Shown in pieces: positions 18,742 to 27,598 of a stretch of DNA of 64,000 bases. The stretch comes from a virus (taxonomy: Duplodnaviria; Caudoviricetes), in the IMG/VR virus record IMGVR_UViG_3300028888_000053, positions 128,001 to 192,000 of that record, one strand, 5' to 3'. Made by a program: the position numbers and the translations under genes. Position 1 is the first letter of the stretch; each line of letters starts with the position of its first letter. Below the pieces are notes generated by a model. That model did no database searches. It was not told where the DNA came from and saw only the letters and a list, made by a program, of their open reading frames with translations.

Positions 18742-18981
18742 ATGGAACAATTTTTATTGAACTTAAGCAATCATCAAATACAAGATATTTTGCAAGAGAT
18801 TGGGATGCTTGAAGATGGTAATTGTTCTTATACTGCAGAGGAAATATTTAAGGCAGGAATGGAATATGCTATTAACAAAGGAATATTGTGGCTAAATGAG
18901 AATATAGACTTTGAGCATAATTATCCATCAACAAAAGAGGAGTTAATTAAAGATTTTTGTAAGGCTCAGACAGAAGGTTAA
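18742..18981 (+). CDS. hypothetical protein
   Basis: 79-aa ORF. Confidence 0.6.
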   Translation: MEQFLLNLSNHQIQDILQEIGMLEDGNCSYTAEEIFKAGMEYAINKGILWLNENIDFEHNYPSTKEELIKDFCKAQTEG

Positions 18982-18985
18982 AATT

Positions 18986-19291
18986 ATGGTACAGTTAATA
19001 GACAAAGACGCTTTAGCAGCGGAGATAAAAAAATTAAAAAGTGTTTTTGTAAACGAACGTGATGGTTTTGAAAAAGGCTATCACTATAGTTTAAATTTAC
19101 TTATTTCTTTTCTCGATACACTTGAAATAAAAGATACAGACTTGAAGAAAGAAATTCATGAAACAGCCGAAGCATTTGCAAAAATAATCAGAGCAAATTT
19201 AACAGGAATAGATAAAGATGTTCAATATCAGTTTGAACAACTTTATAAAGAAATTACTGGTGAGAGAATGTATCAAGGATATAGTGATTAA
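18986..19291 (+). CDS. LIDK-family paralog
   Basis: LIDKDALAAEIKKLK...FLDTLE. Confidence 0.7.
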   Translation: MVQLIDKDALAAEIKKLKSVFVNERDGFEKGYHYSLNLLISFLDTLEIKDTDLKKEIHETAEAFAKIIRANLTGIDKDVQYQFEQLYKEITGERMYQGYSD

Positions 19292-19304
19292 AAAATAATA
19301 ACTT

Positions 19305-19586
19305 ATGGAACTGATAGACAAATCCACTTTAGTAGCGGAAATAGAAAAATTAAAAGATGAAGCAGAGATATATCCGTCAGATTTTTATTGTGGTAGATTA
19401 TCTCTTTGTAAAGAACTGATTAATTTTCTCGATACTCTTGAAGTGAAGGTGATGGATTTGGAAAAGGAGTTTAATGAATACATGCGGTCTATTACTATCA
19501 AAGATATAAAAGATAAGCCATTCACGCAATTATTTGCTTGTGCCAAGTATTTCTTTGAACTCGGATTGCAATCAAAAGAAGAATAG
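19305..19586 (+). CDS. LIDK-family paralog
   Basis: LIDKSTLVAEIEKLK...FLDTLE...AKYFFELGL. Confidence 0.7.
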   Translation: MELIDKSTLVAEIEKLKDEAEIYPSDFYCGRLSLCKELINFLDTLEVKVMDLEKEFNEYMRSITIKDIKDKPFTQLFACAKYFFELGLQSKEE

Positions 19587-19588
19587 TT

Positions 19589-19861
19589 ATGAAATACATT
19601 GACGCAGAACGCATAAAAAAAGAAATAAGAAAATTGGCAGATTGGTACCAAAACATATTGACTGATGACTTGTGCGATAAACTTATTGATTTCGTTGATG
19701 CTGCCATGCCATTTATTCCACCACAAAACTCTCTACAAGAAGAAGCGGACTTAGAACGAGAAATTACACGAGTATCAAAAAATGAGTATTTTGATTTTAC
19801 TGATTGGAAATCTATTGCTCGACATTTCTATGAATTTGGATTAACACAGAAAGGTGAATAA
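19589..19861 (+). CDS. LIDK-family paralog
   Basis: YIDAERIKKEI...ARHFYEFGL. Confidence 0.7.
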   Translation: MKYIDAERIKKEIRKLADWYQNILTDDLCDKLIDFVDAAMPFIPPQNSLQEEADLEREITRVSKNEYFDFTDWKSIARHFYEFGLTQKGE

Positions 19862-20090
19862 TATGACAAAGGAAAAAACTATGCCTAAACTTATTGATAA
19901 AGATAAATTAGTGTCAAAAATAGTCAAAAGGATAGAATTCGATCAAGAAATAATTGATAATTGTAAGCAAAACAATTTTCATCCAAATTTACAATACTTT
20001 TACAAAGGTAGAAAAGATGGTTATGAGCGAATTCTTGAGATTATTGATAAAATAAGTTTCAATGATGATAATGTAGTTAATTTTAAATAA
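19854..20090 (+). CDS. LIDK-family paralog
   Basis: LIDKDKLVSKI. Confidence 0.65.
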   Translation: MNNMTKEKTMPKLIDKDKLVSKIVKRIEFDQEIIDNCKQNNFHPNLQYFYKGRKDGYERILEIIDKISFNDDNVVNFK

Positions 20091-20862
20091 TATGACACAA
20101 CAGGAAAAACAAACGGTTAAAGATTTTCATCGTCATTGTATGACATATCTTTTTGGAGAATTTTCTTGTAAAAAATGCAAGAAACTTATTAAACCAAGTG
20201 ATTGTATTGGGTGTCCCATTAAAAATAGTTAGTTATGAAATACATTGAACAATATCTACAAGACGTTGTTAAAATTAAACCATTAGGTAAAATTACAACG
20301 AAAGAAGATGAACTTAATGGTTTTTCAGGTGAAATGGTATATATCGATGGAAAATGTTCTGATATATTTATTTCTCATGCAGATTATGCCAATTATTTAG
20401 AAAGTGTGATTAATGAATACGTAGAATGGGAAAACGAAAAACAGTAGTACAAGAATATCTTGATTCATTAACTAAAGATGATTTATTAGCGATCATAAAG
20501 TATGGTCTTCGTGGTTCTAACGCTCCATTAGATGTTGATGTTGAAGACATTTTTACTTGTATCGGTTGTAAATACATTGAAGAAGGATGATTTACTTAAA
20601 AAGAATTTTGAATTTATTCCTGTGGCTAATAAGAATTGTCGCAGGAATTGCAATTATCATGGTTATTTATCCACTTGATTTGTTAGCCATCCCTATTTAC
20701 TACGTCAAGACTGGACGTAATTATTTGTTAGACTTTAGACCGTTAGGATTTGCTATAGTGCGTTGGATTTGTGGATGCGATTTTGAATGGAAAGATAATT
20801 AATATTAAATAATAATTTAAACAGAATCTCTTGGTAGCTCAATTGGATAGAGCAACAGTCTT

Positions 20863-21479
20863 TAATATTTGGAGCTTTTATGTGGGAAATTGAGAAATTA
20901 ATCAAGAAGGGTGATTATATGTATGCTTTAGTACCTGAACACCCTCATGCTACTAAAAATGGTTACGTGTTACACCATCGAATTGTTGTAGAAAACCATA
21001 TAGGTAGATTACTCAATGCTGATGAAGTTGTTCATCATAAAAACCATAATAAATTTGATAACAGAATTGAAAATCTCGAAGTGTTGAATTATAAAGAGCA
21101 TGTTAGAAAGCATAGCTTAGAACAGGGAAGGAAATGGGCTGTACTCAAATGCCCTATATGTGGAAAAGTGTTTGAGATGCCTTATAACAAAACTGTATAT
21201 CAAAAATATCCTAACGATTCTAATAAAGCACAATGTTGTTGTAGAGCGTGTGGGTGTAAGTTAGGTAGATTGAAACAACTGAACAGAATAACTCATGAAA
21301 TGGAGATTGCTATATCGGGGAATCTCCTATCTGTATACAAAAAATATACAGAGGACAACCCCGAGGTAACCTTAGATTAAGAGGGTACCGTAGAGACTAT
21401 ACGCAATCCGCCTGAAATGGCGAAGGGATAGTCCAGACTACAACATTTCATAATGGCTATAGTAATATAGAGTAGTAAG
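20863..21479 (+). mobile_element. group I intron (617 nt) carrying an HNH homing endonuclease gene
   Basis: 5' exon ends in U and intron ends in G; P3 GATTGC/GCAATC, R GTAGAGACTA, S GGATAGTCC, P9.0 ACTAC/GTAGT. Confidence 0.9.
20880..21380 (+). CDS. intron-encoded HNH homing endonuclease with C-terminal Zn finger
   Basis: HHRIVVENHIGR...VHHKNHNKFDNRIENL; CPICGK...CCRAC. Confidence 0.9.
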   Translation: MWEIEKLIKKGDYMYALVPEHPHATKNGYVLHHRIVVENHIGRLLNADEVVHHKNHNKFDNRIENLEVLNYKEHVRKHSLEQGRKWAVLKCPICGKVFEMPYNKTVYQKYPNDSNKAQCCCRACGCKLGRLKQLNRITHEMEIAISGNLLSVYKKYTEDNPEVTLD

Positions 21480-21536
21480 CTAAACTGTGGGTCTTGGGTT
21501 CGAGTCCCAACCAGGAGACTAAAAATATATAACAAT

Positions 21537-23138
21537 ATGATATCAATAATAATTCCAATTTATAATAGAGAATTATTCTTAGAGAAATGTTTGAATTCTG
21601 TACAAAGACAAACATTTGTTGACTTTGAATGTATTCTTGTTGATAATAATTCTACTGATCATAGTGTAGAAATTTGTCAATCATTTTTATCCGATGATAG
21701 ATTCAAACTTATTCATTGTCAAGAACAAGGAGTTAGTCATGCCAGAAATAAAGGTATAGAATATGCTTCTGGAGATTGGATAATGTTTATTGATTCTGAT
21801 GATTACATAGCAGATAATTTTGTAGAAATGCTCTATAAAACTATGCTAGATCATCCTGGGTATAAATGTTATACGTGTGAATCTATTACTTTACAACATA
21901 CAAATATTTCTATTTGGAACGACTTGCCAGAAGGTGAGAGAACAAAAGATGATGTTACCAATTTTAATATTTGGAAAAGATGGGCAACAGTTTGGAATGC
22001 TCTTTGGGCAAAAGAAGTATTTGATCATATTAAATTTAATACCAATGTTAAATTAGGAGAAGATGAATTAGTTGACATTGAATACTGGATGAGATATGGA
22101 AAATTATATCATATTAAATATCGTGGTTATTTCCATTATGTAAACCCATCGAGTATTAGTGTTGATCAGAATAATTATAAACATAGTACAATGTTATTAT
22201 TGTGCCTTGTTGAAAATTTAATTCATAAATACGATAATTTAACCAAAGAAATTGAGAATGCTATTAGATACATTTATAATGTAAAGTATAGTGATAAGTA
22301 TCCAGGAATTGATTATGTTGTACCTTATACTAATGCAACGAAAGATAAGATAAAAGCATTAATGCAATTCTATAACTATGAAGGAATGGTTGATGATGAT
22401 GAAGAATTAGCAAAAAGATATAATGCTGAAGATACAATCTTTAATATGTCAATACGGTCTGTTGCTAAAAATTTACCATTTATCAGATTAATTCATCTTA
22501 TTGTAGAAGATGAAACACACATTCCCGATTGGATAGATATTGAGAAGGTGCATATTGTTTATCATAAGGATTTTATGGAAGATTACCCAAGTTATAATCC
22601 TTGTTGTATAGAATATTGTCTGGGAAATATACCATTTCTATCAGAGAAATTTTTATATGCAAACTCAGATTATATTGCTACAAAAGAATTATCGGCAGAT
22701 GATTTCTTTGATGAAGATAAAACTAGAAATCGCTTTCGAACAGCAGCACAATCTGATAAACAATGTGATATTATCTTTAACAATTCGTATCATTTAATAT
22801 TTGATGAAGGCACACCTATATCACCAATAAAACATTTCTTTACTCCAATGGTAACAAAACGAGTAAAAGAAGTACAAGAGCTTTATAAAGATAAGTTAGT
22901 ATATACTAAGTTTAGGAGTAGTGCAAATTACAATCAATATATTTATCCTTTATATGATCTTAAAATTGGTGCGATTAGTGAGTCAACTTTAATTTGTTAT
23001 ACAACAGAAGGTGAGTTTAATATTCAAAAATGGCAAAGAGCAGATGTTGTGTGCTTAGAGAATATTGATGATACAAATCCTTTAATAACAGTATTTGGTC
23101 ATTTCTTCCGTTTTGAAAAATGTAAATACGAAAAATGA
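21537..23138 (+). CDS. GT2 glycosyltransferase fused to a Stealth-family phosphoglycosyltransferase-like domain
   Basis: ISIIIPIYN...VDNNSTD...GVSHARN...FIDSDD; then IDYVVPY, SIRSVAKNLPFIRLIHLI, VHIVYHKDF, LSEKFLYANSD, KFRS, CKYEK. Confidence 0.85.
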   Translation: MISIIIPIYNRELFLEKCLNSVQRQTFVDFECILVDNNSTDHSVEICQSFLSDDRFKLIHCQEQGVSHARNKGIEYASGDWIMFIDSDDYIADNFVEMLYKTMLDHPGYKCYTCESITLQHTNISIWNDLPEGERTKDDVTNFNIWKRWATVWNALWAKEVFDHIKFNTNVKLGEDELVDIEYWMRYGKLYHIKYRGYFHYVNPSSISVDQNNYKHSTMLLLCLVENLIHKYDNLTKEIENAIRYIYNVKYSDKYPGIDYVVPYTNATKDKIKALMQFYNYEGMVDDDEELAKRYNAEDTIFNMSIRSVAKNLPFIRLIHLIVEDETHIPDWIDIEKVHIVYHKDFMEDYPSYNPCCIEYCLGNIPFLSEKFLYANSDYIATKELSADDFFDEDKTRNRFRTAAQSDKQCDIIFNNSYHLIFDEGTPISPIKHFFTPMVTKRVKEVQELYKDKLVYTKFRSSANYNQYIYPLYDLKIGAISESTLICYTTEGEFNIQKWQRADVVCLENIDDTNPLITVFGHFFRFEKCKYEK

Positions 23139-23354
23139 TAACAACTATTTATTTTGTTGGAGTTGTTTTAGCTTTTATTGTTAACACAATTCATCTTTAT
23201 GTTTTCTTTAAAGATGTTCGGAATAAACCGTATAGTACTTATAATAAAGTATTAGTAGCAATTTATAGTTCTATAATCATTGGATTTTTATCTTGGATAG
23301 GACTATTCTTTGTTTCTGTTTCTTTATTTTATAGACTCAAAAACCCTCAAGAAT

Positions 23355-23918
23355 ATGACAGTAATATATTCTAATGCTGAAGATGCAGATACTATAATTC
23401 TGCAAGAAATTTGGAGAGGTATTCCAGACGTTACTGTAATAGAAATTACATCTAATACAGTTGGGTGGGAAGACGTTGTTAATGATGCTATTGACAATGA
23501 AGATGATACATTAATCTTTGCTGGGCATGGTACTATACATGGATTATTAGCACCATTAAACTATTCATCAGAAGAATACATATTACATAAATTTAATGTG
23601 AACTTAATACACGCTAAAAGAAGTATATGTATTTGGTGTATGGCATCTACATTCTGTTTTAATCATAGATTTGAATCACTTGCTACCTCTATGTTTATTT
23701 CTAATCCAAGAGAAGCCTTCGAGAATGGATGTTGTGATGTTACAAGAGATGATATTGAACGACAAAATATATTATTTTATCGTGACTTGAATTACTTGTT
23801 ACAAAGCGATATCCCATTTAGAGATTGGAGAATGAAATTAAAAGTGAATGTTGATATGTACGACGACGTCGATGTGTTTAATAGAAATGGATTATGTTAC
23901 ATTTTATCTAATAAGTAA
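23355..23918 (+). CDS. possible clan CD (caspase/gingipain-like) peptidase-fold protein
   Basis: LIFAGHG followed about 35 residues later by CIWC. Confidence 0.4.
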   Translation: MTVIYSNAEDADTIILQEIWRGIPDVTVIEITSNTVGWEDVVNDAIDNEDDTLIFAGHGTIHGLLAPLNYSSEEYILHKFNVNLIHAKRSICIWCMASTFCFNHRFESLATSMFISNPREAFENGCCDVTRDDIERQNILFYRDLNYLLQSDIPFRDWRMKLKVNVDMYDDVDVFNRNGLCYILSNK

Positions 23919-24118
23919 AGTTTTATGATAATGTTTATTAGTATATATTTAGGAATAGCGTTATATCTAATTGTATTGGCCTTGTTATACTGCATAGTAA
24001 GACACTATTCTGGACCAGATTCTCCGGCGTTGTTATTACCTTTAATGTGGCCTGCACTTCTATTTCTATTGCCTGTTTTATTAATATGTTTTGTTATATT
24101 AAAATTATGCGATAAAAT

Positions 24119-24628
24119 ATGGCCGCAATAGATAAATTGTACGTTGATTCATATTATGAATATAATAATCTCAGAACATGGGCTATAGCCTATTATCCTG
24201 AATTATTATTTTATTTCTATGATATCACAGTTGATTATTCCACATTTGAGAAGAGAAGACAAGAATGGATTAGAAAATTTAAAACACAAGTAAGAAATAC
24301 GTTTACAAGATTTGGTAAGTTTAATACAGCAGAAGAAGCTGTTAATAATCTTATCAAATATTATAAACGAACTGCAGGTTATGATTGTTCTAGAGAGCAA
24401 GCTGAAGATGAATTTAAGTATTGGTCTCATCAAATGGAAATAATAGAAAGTGATTCACTTTTAGAATTAGAATATAAATTTCCAGTAATGAACACACCAT
24501 TATCTGTAGATAAAAAACTAAAGTGGATTTGTCCAATTCCTTGTATTAGAAAGTATCTTGAAGAACAATGTGGATATAAAACTCACTGGTATCATAAGTT
24601 ATTTTGGAAAGGTAAAAAACATTTTTAA
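24119..24628 (+). CDS. hypothetical protein
   Basis: 169-aa ORF. Confidence 0.7.
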   Translation: MAAIDKLYVDSYYEYNNLRTWAIAYYPELLFYFYDITVDYSTFEKRRQEWIRKFKTQVRNTFTRFGKFNTAEEAVNNLIKYYKRTAGYDCSREQAEDEFKYWSHQMEIIESDSLLELEYKFPVMNTPLSVDKKLKWICPIPCIRKYLEEQCGYKTHWYHKLFWKGKKHF

Positions 24629-24654
24629 TTACAATGTATTATTCTTAAATAAAA

Positions 24655-25098
24655 ATGAATAACGGAATTATTCCATATAAAAATAAAATTAAACCTATAT
24701 TTATAGATAGTGATAAATCTGTAAGATGTATAGATTGTATTTATTTTTCTTCGTTTGAAGGTTATTATAATGATTCGTGTGATGAATCAGATTGGTTTTG
24801 TGTTGAATATTGCCCGCTACGAAAGATTAGGCTTAAAGATCCTTTTAATAAAATTTGCTGTGACCAATTTGTTGCACAAGACAAACATATTAACTGTGAA
24901 AATTGCAAGTTTTGTGTTCGAGATTACTCGTCTTATCAATGTCAAAAACGCAATCTAATAGAAACTACTTCACACTATCGTTGTTCTGAATTTAAATATA
25001 GAAATGAAAATAATCCAGTTTCTAATGAAGAAATTTGTACTTTTTTATGTGGTTTAATCATTGTAACAACGTTTGTTTGTTTATGTGCATTTTGTTAA
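24655..25098 (+). CDS. Cys-rich protein with C-terminal TM helix
   Basis: Two CxxCxF/Y...C...C units. Confidence 0.65.
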   Translation: MNNGIIPYKNKIKPIFIDSDKSVRCIDCIYFSSFEGYYNDSCDESDWFCVEYCPLRKIRLKDPFNKICCDQFVAQDKHINCENCKFCVRDYSSYQCQKRNLIETTSHYRCSEFKYRNENNPVSNEEICTFLCGLIIVTTFVCLCAFC

Positions 25099-25159
25099 CA
25101 TAACCTATGGCTAGTATAATAATTGCTTATTTATACTTCAATGGTAATTAATTAAAGTT

Positions 25160-25231
25160 GCTCCAATAATTAAACGGATATAACATGAATCCTCTAAGTT
25201 TCTATTTCGGGTTCGATTCCTGGGTAGGGCA
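25160..25231 (+). tRNA. degenerate tRNA; loop contains CTCTAA (amber suppressor CTA or Arg TCT with C33)
   Basis: D-loop AACGGATA, T-arm TCGGG-TTCGATT-CCTGG; weak acceptor and anticodon stems. Confidence 0.5.
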
Positions 25232-25380
25232 CTATTAACATTTTTAATATGGGATTATTTGGAAATGTAATTCGAGAAGTTAGAGATACAGTCAAAGATT
25301 CTTTAGAAGAATGTGGCTGTAAATCTGTAATATCAGAAGTCAAAGATGTTTTTAAAGCATTAATTGGCAAATAAAGTGTA

Positions 25381-25943
25381 GATTCCGTAGCTCAGTTGGT
25401 AGAGCACAGCACTTTAAACTAAAAGAAGAGTGCATAGGCGAGAAATCCCTATGTAGAATCTCCTAAATTCGGTGGAAATCCTTAGCCTACTAGATACAAT
25501 ACTGTTATGGGATGGCTACAGTACATTAAACAATAATGTGTAAGGACTATACCGAGCGAAAATAGTATCTCAGATAAGTCTAATTAACTTATATCGTAAG
25601 AACTGAGCAGGCGTTAAAAGTAGAGCAAATCAGATATGTCTACATACTATAATCGTGTAGAGGCCAAACGGGAGATATCTAAGTTGGAATTGTATTCCTC
25701 AATGGTAATGAGGTATCTAGCAATCGTACTAGGTAGGTGTTCAAATCACCAATACTCTTGCAAGAATTCCAATAAGATAAAGAGATGGTCCAGATCACAA
25801 CAGACACAAGTCTTTAGGCAACCTCTCTAAGAGCAGCATAAGACTATAGAGGTGATAGTGCAAGAATTCTAAAGTGTTTGGCTATGGTAACATAGTGTGA
25901 TAGGTTAATGCTGGGGTCACGAGTTCGAATCTCGTCGGAATCA
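25381..25943 (+). tRNA. tRNA-Lys(TTT) split by a group I intron (exons 25381-25414 and 25905-25943)
   Basis: Joined exons give CAGCA-CTTTTAA-TGCTG; acceptor GATTCCG/CGGAATC. Confidence 0.92.
25415..25904 (+). mobile_element. group I intron (490 nt, no ORF) with expanded peripheral domains
   Basis: P1 exon CTT/IGS GAG with U.G pair; P3 ATCTCC/GGAGAT; compensated P7 GGCCA/TGGTC; P9.0 ATCAC/GTGAT; terminal G. Confidence 0.9.
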
Positions 25944-25970
25944 CTATTAACAATTTTTAATATAATTTTA

Positions 25971-26002
25971 CTTGAAATTTGGTCAAAATAGTATTATATT
26001 TG
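25971..26002 (+). promoter_or_regulatory. Bacteroidota primary-sigma promoter (-33/-7)
   Basis: CTTG-N20-TATATTTG matches TTTG-N19/21-TAnnTTTG. Confidence 0.65.
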
Positions 26003-26157
26003 CAATCGGGATGAGGAAAGCAGCTCGTAGTTTGATTTGAATTAACAGTTTTTTTGCTTTTTTGTTTTCATATTGATTCAAATTAAACCTATGAGCTGCT
26101 GTTTTTCAGATTATATTACGCTTTAGATGTTGAATGTTAATTTAAATTATTTAATTT

Positions 26158-26748
26158 ATGAAGAAATTCATTTTTGCCGTTATGGCATTGTTGTGCATGG
26201 TTGCATGTAATCCAAAGAAGAGTGAAACTGTTCCTGTTCAAGAGGAAACACCCGTAGAATTGATCGTTGGTAATACAATCTCAACTGATCGTCAGTACAT
26301 GTTTATGAATTATGGAGGTGATTATCGTTGGTATGAGACTTGTATTACTCTTGATGATTATCTTGATAGTGAGAACTGCAACGGCTCAATTGAAAGTATT
26401 TCTAATGTTTTCCAAGTAGTTAAAGGTGATAGTACTTCTTTTGATCCATATGTAATCATGTCATCTTATACTCGTACATCAAGTAATACTGAAGTTATAT
26501 CTGGATTTTGGGTTGGTGATGAGCCTATGAATGAAGAGGAAATTAATTTAACTTTTAAAGATGCTTATGAATTCTTAATGGAAGCTAATTGTCCTAAACC
26601 TCATTCAAGACATTGTGTTCTTAGAAAAGAACTTGGACCTAAAATAGATGTGGCACCACAATACATTTTTGGCAATCAACAGTATCAAGTGTATGTTGAT
26701 GCCTTTGATGGTATTGTAACGGATCATAATCCGGCTTTTAATGAGTAA
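26158..26748 (+). CDS. lipoprotein
   Basis: MKKFIFAVMALLCMVAC lipobox; PepSY-like C-terminus (VYVDAFDG). Confidence 0.75.
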   Translation: MKKFIFAVMALLCMVACNPKKSETVPVQEETPVELIVGNTISTDRQYMFMNYGGDYRWYETCITLDDYLDSENCNGSIESISNVFQVVKGDSTSFDPYVIMSSYTRTSSNTEVISGFWVGDEPMNEEEINLTFKDAYEFLMEANCPKPHSRHCVLRKELGPKIDVAPQYIFGNQQYQVYVDAFDGIVTDHNPAFNE

Positions 26749-26905
26749 TCACTTTGTTCATTAGCATAAGAGCCCTGTAGCGCGCAGGGACGTGCAGATA
26801 CATCATTGAATGTATAGTAAATCGTAACGTTACCTATCCCTTGATCTCTGAGATAGCTGCGGTTCAGTAGTTTTCCTGAAAATACGAAGAGATTATTTTT
26901 TATTT

Positions 26906-27240
26906 GCCTAGGTGATGAAAAGGTAAACATTCCAGACTTGCATGTAACTAATTTAATATCAGTTACTTAGAGTGCATTTAATCGAAAGGTTTAATGTAGA
27001 ATCTCGCTAACAAACAGAAACCTTGAATATGGTGACATATTCTTTGGCGATGGCTCACTAAATGGATATTATATCCTAAATGGCGTAGAGACTATATACG
27101 AGACACCTAAACGATAACGTATGGTGATGAAATAGTCCAGACTACAACATCTCAAGTTAGATGGCTTATTTAAAAGTAAGAGTAGTAAGAAAATCTGGTG
27201 GAACGTAGGTTCCTTGGGGGTTCGAGTCCCCTCCTGGGCA
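26906..27240 (+). tRNA. tRNA-Leu(TAA) split by a group I intron (exons 26906-26939 and 27190-27240)
   Basis: Joined exons give CCAGA-CTTAAAA-TCTGG, long variable arm GGAAC-GTAG-GTTCC, acceptor GCCTAGG/CCTGGGC. Confidence 0.92.
26940..27189 (+). mobile_element. group I intron (250 nt)
   Basis: R CGTAGAGACTA, S AAATAGTCC, P9.0 ACTAC/GTAGT, terminal G; GAGTGCAT...ATGTAGAATCTC shared with the Lys intron. Confidence 0.9.
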
Positions 27241-27262
27241 CTATCTAATAAATACAAAGTAA

Positions 27263-27598
27263 ATGTCTACTATAAACGATATAATTAATTATTTTAATAA
27301 TCTTCCACCATTTAAATGTGTAGATGACATACCTGATATTCCATTTTTTAAGGATCGAGAATTGTACACAAATGTAATAGTTAAAAATTTAATACGTTGT
27401 GGTGCGATTCCAAAGAAAGATCTTAAAATTGGTAAAACATATCAAGGATCATGTAGAAATACAAATAAAGCTATATGGAATGGTACGGAATTTGAATATG
27501 AAAGATATAAGTTTGGTTACTTATACGAAGATGCAGTTAATCATTTTGAAGATGATGATGGTTACGATGTTTTTGTGCCGTTAAAAGAAGACTTTTAA
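27263..27598 (+). CDS. hypothetical protein
   Basis: IPKKDLKIGKTYQGSCRN...HFEDDDGYDVFVP. Confidence 0.75.
   Translation: MSTINDIINYFNNLPPFKCVDDIPDIPFFKDRELYTNVIVKNLIRCGAIPKKDLKIGKTYQGSCRNTNKAIWNGTEFEYERYKFGYLYEDAVNHFEDDDGYDVFVPLKEDF

Larger units (their letters stand above)
20828..21518 (+). tRNA. tRNA-Arg(TCT) split by a group I intron (exons 20828-20862 and 21480-21518)
   Basis: Joined exons give ACAGT-CTTCTAA-ACTGT, acceptor CTCTTGG/CCAGGAG and the A20 Arg determinant. Confidence 0.9.

Noticed and set aside
25636-25830. 64-aa ORF inside the Lys intron as a homing endonuclease
   Set aside because: No nuclease motif; the sequence is explained by P7/P8 and the nested cloverleaf.
27069-27257. 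Minus-strand ORF over the Leu intron and tRNA
   Set aside because: Antisense to structured RNA, with no protein features.
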